From a virus: a stretch of DNA of 64,000 nucleotides. The notes under the pieces were generated by a model. That model saw nothing but the letters and a program-made list of their open reading frames with translations, made no database searches and was not told where the DNA came from. The position numbers were made by a program, and so were the translations under genes. The stretch is from positions 13,299 through 77,298 of IMG/VR virus record IMGVR_UViG_3300010397_000003; one strand, given 5' to 3'. Below, in pieces: positions 44,905 to 53,847 of this stretch (position 1 is the first letter of the stretch; each line of letters opens with the position of its first letter).

Positions 44905-47900
44905 CTATGTTCGGAACGCTTCACTTCCAGCCTTGAACGGATTGCGCGGCGGTAGCCAGGGTTTCAATAACGATTGTGACGCACCGGACGGAACTGGAAA
45001 TGTTTGTTTCTGCTTCTTAAACTTTTGCGGACGAGGGGTTGCATCGTAAGCCGCCTGCCCTTCTTTTTCCGCCGCAGTCTTTACCTGTTTCAGTCTTTCA
45101 ATCTTATTTTCATCCGAGTCTTTCTGGTATTCAGGGTTTGCTACTTCTTTTTCAAGTGCGCGGCGGATATAGCCATTAACGAGCGGTTGGCGCTCGGCAA
45201 ATTCTTTCCGTGTTTCATCGGGATGCCTTTGCGCGCCCCGAAGCGGCATGCCAAGTCGTTCAATTTCCTTGCGAGAGCCGGGTCTGTCCGAGCCGTAGAT
45301 ATCCGACGCCGGGCCTGACGGGAAATCCTCACGCACGCGAATGCCTGTTGCTGCGACCGCGCCAATGGGAACTGACTTCGCGAGCGCCCCGGCGTTGCTG
45401 GCACCCTTCTCGCGCTCCGCATAATACGTTCGAGCGGCCTCCGCTAAAGGAATGGGCGTTTGGGTGCTCCAAACATATTCCGGCCAAGTGTATCGAGGAG
45501 ACTTGATCGTGCCTTCCTCTTTAGAAAACGGTAGTGGGCGTCCGCCATAGTCCGACTGCAACCAAATGTCCGCACCAGTCCCAAACAGAGGTGATAATTT
45601 AGAGCGGCCGTACTTAAATGTAGTCGTTGCCGCATCACCGATCTTCTCGCGCGGCTTTTTACTTTCCAATCCGATGTTCACTAAGTTGCCTACAAACCTC
45701 ACGGCGGTAAGCAGTCCACCCGCCGGGCTGATGACGTGTCCAGCAACCTTGAAAGCCAAGAAGTCCGACTTGGTAGGATCGGTTACATTGATCTTATCGT
45801 CACTGCCCGATGCTGTCAGCAGTCCTTGATTCGCAGCCAAGAGCGCACCGTAAGTCGCGACTAATTGCGCGTTGCGGCTCGCTACTCGCTTTGCCATGTA
45901 ACGCTCTTCAGGTTTGGCGTTCTTCCAATTAGAAAATGCCTTGATCGCGCGATAATTGTCCCGCACAAGAAAATCCCACCGTGAGGCTTCCAATGGCGCG
46001 GCGAACATCGCCTTTCCGACAAATCGACTTGGCCAATCTTGACCGCTAAGAGCTTTCGACGATCCCGTGGAAGCATTGATTTCTTGCGCCAGAGCTCTTG
46101 CGGTTTCAGGGCTCTTCAGATCGCTGGTCATCTTATTCCATGCGCTATCGAACATATCCTGTCGCATGGTCTTGAGTGAATCGAAAGCGCGATTACCAGA
46201 AACGCCTATCTTACCAAGCACCTTAGCCATCCACGGACTTTGATATTCGTCATATCCTCGTTTCGGATCGTTCGCCAGTCCGGCGCGTTGGGCCGTGATG
46301 TAGTTCGAGGAAGTTTCAAGATCAGACATTGCTCGTTCATGTCCACCCTTGCTGACCATGAACTGATAGGTACGTCCAAAGTTACGCCAAAAGTCCGCCC
46401 ACCTCGCGGGAATGAAAGCATTCGCCGGAGCGTGAGTAAATGGAGCAACCGCACCGTGACCCATCGTGGCTTTGATGAACCATAAACGACGAGCGTCCTC
46501 AAACGCCTTAACCGCCAAAGGCGCATCGGCCTGTTTTATCCAACTCTCGGCATTAGAGCGAAGACGACGACGATCACTCATCTTCGCCCAGATTTCGTTG
46601 CTGAGTTGCTTCGCGGCTTTCGTGTTGGCCAAGGATCGCGTAACCACGTCAGGCGCAATCCCGAGGTCGCTTGCTACTTTTGCCCTGATCTCTGCGAAGT
46701 TATTATTTCCCTTATCAACGTAATTCTCCCTTGCGTACCTCCATACCGCGCTGGCGTCTTCAGAAGAAATTGGCCCACGTTGTAGCCGCTTGCCTAGTTC
46801 TCGCTGCGCGGCTTCCGCATCCACGGCTTTTAATGTTGCCGCAACGCCCTTTTTCGTTTTTGCCCACTCGCTCTCAACTTTCTGCCCTTTGGGTGCGCCT
46901 TGACCAAGAATCGCCTCAGCAACTTCTCGCTTGGTAACATCCGCGAAATCCTTAATTGCTCCGTGCACGTCATCAATGAGTTGGGCCGCGTCCGTTATGC
47001 CCGCCTTCGCGCGGTTCTTAGCGAGAGCGATGACCTGTTTAGTGATCTCACCTTCAGGGTCGATGCGCGCAAGTCCTGACGGCTGAATACCCGATCGGTC
47101 GCGCACCTTTTGAAAAGCCGCCGCAAGGTTCTGCTTGATAACTACGGCCTCATCATCAAGGCTCTTTCGCGTCTGCTGCCTTCCCGCGCGTCTGGACTCG
47201 CGGGCTTGATCGATGAAGCGAGATAGCGACTTCTGGACTTCATCAGGCAGGTCTTTAATTCCCGCTGCGCGATCCAGCTCCGCCGCTAATTGACTGCTGA
47301 GATTCTTAACCTGTGAATCAACCGAAGCGTTACGATCCGCAAAGCGGTTCATTACTACCACTTCTCGCGGCGATGGTTCACGTCCTTTAGAGTCTTTGAA
47401 CGCTCGATACATTCCATAGAATGTTCCTGTGTCAATGTCCGTCTCGCCCTGCTGCGCACGGCCAGTGTTGCTCCAAGCGGTCTGCATTGGCTTAACGGCA
47501 TTGTCATAAAAGTCTTGCCGGACTTTCTCTGCGGCGCGGAATTCAGGACTGTCAAGTTTCCGCCTGCCGACATCAAATGCACGATTGGCCGCTTGAGCAA
47601 GTTCTTCGTGACGAGCGCGCACTAAAGCCATCGCATCGGCAGAAATCGCCCCTGATTTATCAAAGGCATCTATTGTGTCCTTTAGGTTGCCTTCGCGAAG
47701 TAGTTGACGGCCTCGCTCAACAGATTCTTGCGCACCGATAGCCTGACCACGCGACGGCTCTTCGCCTCTTGCGGCGGTTTCTACGCGATGCGCGATACCT
47801 GTCGTCTCGGCCGGAGATTGTTCCATGCCGGGGATATCAGTTTGGCGTTTAGCTGTTTGCTCACCGCCGGATATTTGCGCCCAAACCTTTCCTAAATGCT

Positions 47901-50900
47901 CATCTGCCTTCGGCCCAAACTCTTCTCTGAGTTTCCGCGACCATTCTTCAAATGTAGGCTTAATCTTTTGATCGTAGAGTTCCCATCCACGAACAATTAG
48001 TGAGTCAATAAACTCGTAAGGGTCGGCTCCGGCATGTCGGTATTCAATGCCTTGCTGTTTTTCCGCGAGCCGATTGGCGGCACGCTCTCTGGCCGCACGA
48101 ACGACGGATGGTTCCGCTTGTGCTGTCTCAGTAGTTGGCGGATTTTCTGCACGTGAACCGGATTCGGATTGAACCCCTTCACCCGAAAATAAGTCAGGTT
48201 GTTTCTTGGCATCGTCTAACGTCTCCCTTAATGCTGCATCGAAAAATGATTCTTTAGTCGGATTCTCTCTGCCGAAGAAGGCTTGTTGCTTTGGACTGCC
48301 GGCGGCTTCAACAGCCTTCGCGTAATTGTCGAGCACGGAACTGATCGCTCTACCGCTTCGCTTGAAGCCCTCAAAGGTCTTAAGAATCTGTTTCTGAAGC
48401 GGCGTGAGATCGTCGCCAAACAGTCCGCGTTGGTTCAGATAGTCAGCGACCGCCTGCCCTTGTTCACGCAATGACGACATTTTCGCAAGCGACTTTGTTA
48501 GGTCGCTGGTGATGTCTACAGGATAGCGCTCACCTTTTTCGATTCCGTCTTTGAGAGAAGCAAACTGTCCCGCACGCTGCAACAGTGCCGTTGAAATCGC
48601 ACGGACGTTATTGTCAGGTGACTCAGCAATCTTCTCCAAGGCACGCAACCCTTCAGGTGAGTCACCGTAGGCGCGAGCAAAGATCGCGTTCCGAATTCGG
48701 GTCAGTCCATCTTGCGATATTTCACCGTCTGATGAAACGTATCGACCAAGATCGTTTGGGCCGACCACGTCTCTCATGAACGCACGAACAAACGGAGTGT
48801 TTGCTGTTGTGTTGATCTCGCCAGACTCCGAAGGCTTAAAAATAGCCAGATGCTCACTCGTTAATTGTCTGGCATCGCTCTTAGCTTGCTCTGGCGCAGA
48901 CATCGCAGCCAACGAAGACTCATTGGCTTCGCGAGCAAACTGTTCTCGATTCACATCCGAGGTTCGTAATCGAACCAAGACAGGCTCTTTGGCCGCTTCA
49001 ATGGATTTCGGATCGATCCCAAAGTTTTCCGCGTTGTCCAAAAGGTATTGTCGATAGTTGTCCGCATTGTCTTTTGCGTAAGCTCGGCGTAGTCCAATAG
49101 TGCGAGCGTTGCCCGACTCGACAATCCCATCCGGCCCGACGATTGGCGCACCATCGCTTGCTTTGGGTGATTGGGACAGGAGTTCGCCGCGAGGGTTCTT
49201 TTCAATCTTTTGAATTTGAACTTCGCCGGCTTGTCGGCTGCGATCCCTCGGCTGTAGTTCTTCTGGAAAGACAGGGTTGCGATTCAAAAGATCGTCGTGA
49301 GAAGTAATCAAGTCCTTCGCATCAACAATCGCGAGCTTCGTATCCACTTCCGTGCCACGCTCGGTGATTGCTTTAGATGTCGCGCCTTCTGATAGCGTGC
49401 GAATTGGTGTCAAGGGTTCACGAACTAGCGCGGGACGCGCAGACGAACCTTTGGGTTCAGGGCTACTTGGAACACCCGCGGCTTCAGCAATAGGAGTTGT
49501 AGATGCTTTAGTCTCTGGTTGAGGGGAGCGAGACTGTCTTACGATATTGGCTCTAATTTGATCTGTTAAGTCCGCCTGCTCAGTCTCAACCTGTCGCTGA
49601 ATAGCTGGATCGAAATGGCGTAGACCCTCATCTGTGATTTCTACATCACCAATGCGCCCGTAGCCCAAAGCTTTAAGTTTAGAGGCAGACTGCGAGATAA
49701 CTTGATCACTCAACCCCATATCAGCCAGCAGATCAACTACGTCCTGTCCCGTGGGATTTTCGGGGAGTTCGCCGTAGATGTCTGGGCCAACTGTTTGATT
49801 GAAGGTGCGATTGATGGCGCGTAAGGCGTCAGTTGGAATTGGTCTATCTAAATCAATCGACTTACCTTGCACGGCGAGCGCTTGAGACGGCTTCCCTTCA
49901 CCTACAGATACTCCACCCTCAACTTTGGGGGTCTCTGGCTGAGGGGAGACTTGAATCGTCAACGCAGGGTTCTGGGGATCGCGCCACGTGGTCGGATGCC
50001 GCGTGAACTCGGAATCATCAATAAAGATTCGCCCGTCACGCCCTCGTCCTGTTTTTGGTTTCCATGAATAAGCCAATCCCGACGCGGCCTGATAAATTTC
50101 TGCTTCACCCCTTGGTGTAACAATCGTATCGCCAGCTTTGAATCCGTTCTTTTTGAGGTGTGACTTCAGCGACTCATCTGAAATGGATTGCGCTTTGAAA
50201 GTGCGCACGTCAGATGGATCGCGCTGCGTGTAGCCTAAGTCCGTTGCCTCTTGACGAGAAACGGGCTGTTTCCCTTCAGGTACAGGTACTCCACCCTCAG
50301 AAGGTGCGGCGGGAGTCGATTGTTCTGCGGGTACTGGCGGGTTTACTTGCGCGAGTCTTTCTTCTCTCTGAGCGCGAGTTTCAGATTTGAATTGACCTTT
50401 GCCGTCTCCGCGCTGACGACGTGGTTGAAGATCTACATGGCGCGGAATATCGGCTCGAACGTTGCCGAGTTGTGCTTCTGGCTGTAGCGCACCAACTTGA
50501 ACCCGAGAAACGTCAGCCGTGGCCTCGGGAACGGATCGCGGCTCCGCGCTCTCAGGTTGCGCTGTGATATTCGGCTGCGTTTCAGTTTGTGTCGCATCTC
50601 TTGCTCCTAATTCGGTTAGACCTTCCGACTTTGCGCCACCGCCAAGAATTGCTCCTAATCCGCCTTGAACGGCAGCATCCAATAAGGCGTCAAGCATTGC
50701 CTCTTTTTGCTTTTCCGGTGGTGCGTTTAATGCTGCTTGCGTGCCTCGTACTCCGGCTGGTACGGCGAAGATTGCAGAGGACATTGCGCGATTCAAATGC
50801 CCATCGAGAATCCGGCCCATTGCATAGGCTTGCGCTACATCAATCCCGCGTTTAGGTAGAGACTCGTCAGTATTCTTTAGCGCGGCTTCCAAGGCCATTA

Positions 50901-52362
50901 CTTGACCCGTAGAGAGTCCCGTAGCTCGCTTCATTGCGATGATGTCGAATACTCCCAGACCTAAATCACCTAACGCTGTGCCAACTTTCTCAGGAACACT
51001 TCGCTGAATTTGTTCGCCCTTCGGAGTCAGCGGAGGTAATGATGATCCCAACTCCATAATCTTTCCGCGAGTGTTTAGATAATTACTGAGACTATTCGGA
51101 GCGATACCGAAACCGGAGACAAGTCCGCCTAATTGCTGAATCTTCCCTGCGCCATAACGGATAACAGGCGATTCAATCGCTCGCGTTGCGCCTGAATATG
51201 TTCCGAGGCCAGTTCTTGCTGCTTGCACTTCGGCAATGTCGGGCGCGGCTTGTTGCTGCGCGGTAGTTACCGCTCCGCGCCGTTCTCCGGCGATTCTTGC
51301 GCCCTCTGCTTTGGCCGCGTTGATATCTCCGCCTGACTTCACGTAAGCGTTCAGAACGTCCACAGCGGCGCGCGTAGGCTTAACGTAGGCTGAACCATCA
51401 GGATCACGGTCTACATCTCCCGCTTGAAGTGAAAGAATGTTTCGTCCGGTTTCCTGTTTGTACTTCTCCCCATACTTAAGGTACTCAGGGCCAAGCGCGT
51501 TGAGATAGCCTTTGACCAGATCATCCTCACTCGGATTCAGGTGAGGCGAAAATGGAATCTTCACCGCCTGGGCCAATTCCGTAGACGGCGGGGTTTTGTA
51601 TCGACCTTCGACTAACTGTTCTTCTGCCGATCCCTTTGGCGCTTCATCAAAAGGCTGCATCATTAATTCAGTCGGGCCAGCCTTGCGAGGCGTAGCATTG
51701 CCTTGCGTGAACGCAATCGGCTTTGCGGCGGGAAGCGGCTGCTCTACTGGTAATTCTGTTTTTGTATCTGCCTCTCTTACTGATGAAGTAACTTGCTCTT
51801 TGGGTTGAGGAATCCCCTGCACGCCAGCTTGCGCGACATCTAGCGACTTTTGCGGTTCTTGCGTGACGTACTTGTCAAAGTCATCATCAGGCGTAGCCTG
51901 TGACGCCGAAACGTATTTATCGAAGTCGTCCTCTGTAGGTTTTATCTTTCCGCTTCCGCCTTCGGATTGATAGATGCCGTTGATGATATCGTTCTGATGA
52001 TCAATCGGAAGTTTTGCAAAATCATCGCTGGATCGCACTCCGTACTTCGGCAGAATGGTTTTGCCTGTCGTGCCGCGATACCATTTCAGAGCGTTGCTGT
52101 TAGACAGGATTGCTCGCGCGCCTTCAATCGGATCGCCTTTTATTCTGATTGTGGAAAGTTTGGGATTATTCGGAAACGGATCACCATGCTCCCAAGGAAT
52201 CTCTGCTTGATCTAACGCGTCCGTAAATTGGTTTCTGCCTCCCGTCGTGACGGCGGCGGCGATGGGGTTGTTATTGCGATCTGTGCGGAATTCTCTCTGC
52301 TTGCGGGTTTTCGCAGGCGTGACGTACTTATCGAAATCGTCCTTAGTGAGATCGTCAATCAT
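44905..52362 (-). CDS. Giant polyvalent virion (ejection) protein with ddrB-like ParB domain
   Basis: 2485 aa; SHD....NP.FP.ELQPRDRSR, GAPIV..DG.VESGN.R motifs; N-terminal RNNNP motif; DDFDKYV repeated three times. Confidence 0.75.
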   Translation of the reverse strand: MIDDLTKDDFDKYVTPAKTRKQREFRTDRNNNPIAAAVTTGGRNQFTDALDQAEIPWEHGDPFPNNPKLSTIRIKGDPIEGARAILSNSNALKWYRGTTGKTILPKYGVRSSDDFAKLPIDHQNDIINGIYQSEGGSGKIKPTEDDFDKYVSASQATPDDDFDKYVTQEPQKSLDVAQAGVQGIPQPKEQVTSSVREADTKTELPVEQPLPAAKPIAFTQGNATPRKAGPTELMMQPFDEAPKGSAEEQLVEGRYKTPPSTELAQAVKIPFSPHLNPSEDDLVKGYLNALGPEYLKYGEKYKQETGRNILSLQAGDVDRDPDGSAYVKPTRAAVDVLNAYVKSGGDINAAKAEGARIAGERRGAVTTAQQQAAPDIAEVQAARTGLGTYSGATRAIESPVIRYGAGKIQQLGGLVSGFGIAPNSLSNYLNTRGKIMELGSSLPPLTPKGEQIQRSVPEKVGTALGDLGLGVFDIIAMKRATGLSTGQVMALEAALKNTDESLPKRGIDVAQAYAMGRILDGHLNRAMSSAIFAVPAGVRGTQAALNAPPEKQKEAMLDALLDAAVQGGLGAILGGGAKSEGLTELGARDATQTETQPNITAQPESAEPRSVPEATADVSRVQVGALQPEAQLGNVRADIPRHVDLQPRRQRGDGKGQFKSETRAQREERLAQVNPPVPAEQSTPAAPSEGGVPVPEGKQPVSRQEATDLGYTQRDPSDVRTFKAQSISDESLKSHLKKNGFKAGDTIVTPRGEAEIYQAASGLAYSWKPKTGRGRDGRIFIDDSEFTRHPTTWRDPQNPALTIQVSPQPETPKVEGGVSVGEGKPSQALAVQGKSIDLDRPIPTDALRAINRTFNQTVGPDIYGELPENPTGQDVVDLLADMGLSDQVISQSASKLKALGYGRIGDVEITDEGLRHFDPAIQRQVETEQADLTDQIRANIVRQSRSPQPETKASTTPIAEAAGVPSSPEPKGSSARPALVREPLTPIRTLSEGATSKAITERGTEVDTKLAIVDAKDLITSHDDLLNRNPVFPEELQPRDRSRQAGEVQIQKIEKNPRGELLSQSPKASDGAPIVGPDGIVESGNARTIGLRRAYAKDNADNYRQYLLDNAENFGIDPKSIEAAKEPVLVRLRTSDVNREQFAREANESSLAAMSAPEQAKSDARQLTSEHLAIFKPSESGEINTTANTPFVRAFMRDVVGPNDLGRYVSSDGEISQDGLTRIRNAIFARAYGDSPEGLRALEKIAESPDNNVRAISTALLQRAGQFASLKDGIEKGERYPVDITSDLTKSLAKMSSLREQGQAVADYLNQRGLFGDDLTPLQKQILKTFEGFKRSGRAISSVLDNYAKAVEAAGSPKQQAFFGRENPTKESFFDAALRETLDDAKKQPDLFSGEGVQSESGSRAENPPTTETAQAEPSVVRAARERAANRLAEKQQGIEYRHAGADPYEFIDSLIVRGWELYDQKIKPTFEEWSRKLREEFGPKADEHLGKVWAQISGGEQTAKRQTDIPGMEQSPAETTGIAHRVETAARGEEPSRGQAIGAQESVERGRQLLREGNLKDTIDAFDKSGAISADAMALVRARHEELAQAANRAFDVGRRKLDSPEFRAAEKVRQDFYDNAVKPMQTAWSNTGRAQQGETDIDTGTFYGMYRAFKDSKGREPSPREVVVMNRFADRNASVDSQVKNLSSQLAAELDRAAGIKDLPDEVQKSLSRFIDQARESRRAGRQQTRKSLDDEAVVIKQNLAAAFQKVRDRSGIQPSGLARIDPEGEITKQVIALAKNRAKAGITDAAQLIDDVHGAIKDFADVTKREVAEAILGQGAPKGQKVESEWAKTKKGVAATLKAVDAEAAQRELGKRLQRGPISSEDASAVWRYARENYVDKGNNNFAEIRAKVASDLGIAPDVVTRSLANTKAAKQLSNEIWAKMSDRRRLRSNAESWIKQADAPLAVKAFEDARRLWFIKATMGHGAVAPFTHAPANAFIPARWADFWRNFGRTYQFMVSKGGHERAMSDLETSSNYITAQRAGLANDPKRGYDEYQSPWMAKVLGKIGVSGNRAFDSLKTMRQDMFDSAWNKMTSDLKSPETARALAQEINASTGSSKALSGQDWPSRFVGKAMFAAPLEASRWDFLVRDNYRAIKAFSNWKNAKPEERYMAKRVASRNAQLVATYGALLAANQGLLTASGSDDKINVTDPTKSDFLAFKVAGHVISPAGGLLTAVRFVGNLVNIGLESKKPREKIGDAATTTFKYGRSKLSPLFGTGADIWLQSDYGGRPLPFSKEEGTIKSPRYTWPEYVWSTQTPIPLAEAARTYYAEREKGASNAGALAKSVPIGAVAATGIRVREDFPSGPASDIYGSDRPGSRKEIERLGMPLRGAQRHPDETRKEFAERQPLVNGYIRRALEKEVANPEYQKDSDENKIERLKQVKTAAEKEGQAAYDATPRPQKFKKQKQTFPVPSGASQSLLKPWLPPRNPFKAGSEAFRT

Positions 52363-53846
52363 TCCACGATTGCCAGTTTACGCGCTTTAGCCTTCGCACG
52401 TTGCGCTTGAATTTGATCGGGCGTTGCGTTCGGATGGTCAGCTTTCCACGCGCCAAGATTAAACGAACCTTGTTCGGGTGACTGTTTGTTCGTGGTCGCC
52501 CCTCCGCGAGTCTTGAGATTACCCTGCGCCGATTCTATCTTGCCTAACTTTTCTCGTTCATCGCGGCGTTCTCTCTCAAGGGTATTCTTTCGCTGTCTCA
52601 GTTGGTTCAAAGTGGCGGGATCGGTCGGTAGAAATCCTTGGCTCTTCTGGCGTTCAATAATACCGTCCATCTCCTTGTCCACGCCATCCATGTCTTCATC
52701 AATCTCAGCCATGTTCCTTTTGTGAACATCGGGATCGCCCATGCGCGCCACGACTCCGCCAGCCATGATGGTCGCATTGCGTTCTGATTGAGCATTCCGC
52801 GCCTTAGCCCGCCTGTCCAGATTGTCTTGCAAGGTCTTGAATTGGGCCGCGTGCTGTTCTCGGTTTAATTGCTGGTCGGACTTTGAGGGCAAATTGCCGC
52901 CCGTAACCGCCGTGGCCGTGCCGGTATCTTTTTGAATGACGTTGTAGGTCGCGTTGCCATTCGCATCAGTGCCCTTATCCAGAACATACAGAGAGCCAGA
53001 AGTTCTTTTCAACGGCGGAGTGCCAAATTCCTCGGTGTAGCGTTTCACATAATCAGCATTGGCGGGATCGGCGGGATCGAAGTCTCGCACGCCATTCATT
53101 TCTTTTAAGAGGTTTCCCTTGCGACGATCTTCGACCGTGTTACCAATTTGAGTAGCACGTAATTGTGTATTGGCCGCCGTGCGACGTGGAGCCGTGCCGA
53201 CAATCTTCCCGTCCGCATCGTAGATAGGAACCATCTGGGCCATCTGCTGCGCAGTCTGCTCTCTTTGGATCGCAATGTCCTGCCCCAGCATCCCTCGCGC
53301 TTTTAATTCTTCTCGCTCACGTCTTGTTGGAGTGAAGACATTCGGATTGCTACCGAGAGCCTGATTCACCCCTCGCAGCGCGTCAATCCCTTTATCTTTC
53401 CAAGTGCGGGGTTTGGTTTCGAGATCGCGAAGATATTGAGAATCGTCAGCGACATAATCACGCGGTTCTGCGCGGCGATCTCGCGACATGCTCACTGGTG
53501 GAAGTTGTTCTCCCTGCTTCGGAACCCGAAAATCTACAACGCCTTCTGAGTTGCGCGGCGGTGCAAACACGCTTTGCGGACGGGTCGGATAGTTCACCTC
53601 ATCCGACGATCTGGCATTCGGGGAAGCGGGAACGGTCGTATTGTAATCAGCAGGCTTACGTTGTTGTTGCGGCGGAGCAAAGACATTACTACTACGCACT
53701 CCTGACATGCGATCAGGTGACTGCCCTTCGCGATCTAATTGCTCTTGTAGATTTCCACCTGCAAAGCCCGGAATATCTTCTGCGGTAGTACGTGGACGCT
53801 GAAAGCGGCGTAGGATTTCTTGTTGGATGCGCTGCAAATCTGACAT
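52359..53846 (-). CDS. Internal virion / ejection-like protein
   Basis: Hydrophilic, coiled-coil, coupled to the giant ORF. Confidence 0.5.
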   Translation of the reverse strand: MSDLQRIQQEILRRFQRPRTTAEDIPGFAGGNLQEQLDREGQSPDRMSGVRSSNVFAPPQQQRKPADYNTTVPASPNARSSDEVNYPTRPQSVFAPPRNSEGVVDFRVPKQGEQLPPVSMSRDRRAEPRDYVADDSQYLRDLETKPRTWKDKGIDALRGVNQALGSNPNVFTPTRREREELKARGMLGQDIAIQREQTAQQMAQMVPIYDADGKIVGTAPRRTAANTQLRATQIGNTVEDRRKGNLLKEMNGVRDFDPADPANADYVKRYTEEFGTPPLKRTSGSLYVLDKGTDANGNATYNVIQKDTGTATAVTGGNLPSKSDQQLNREQHAAQFKTLQDNLDRRAKARNAQSERNATIMAGGVVARMGDPDVHKRNMAEIDEDMDGVDKEMDGIIERQKSQGFLPTDPATLNQLRQRKNTLERERRDEREKLGKIESAQGNLKTRGGATTNKQSPEQGSFNLGAWKADHPNATPDQIQAQRAKAKARKLAIVE

Positions 53847-53847
53847 C

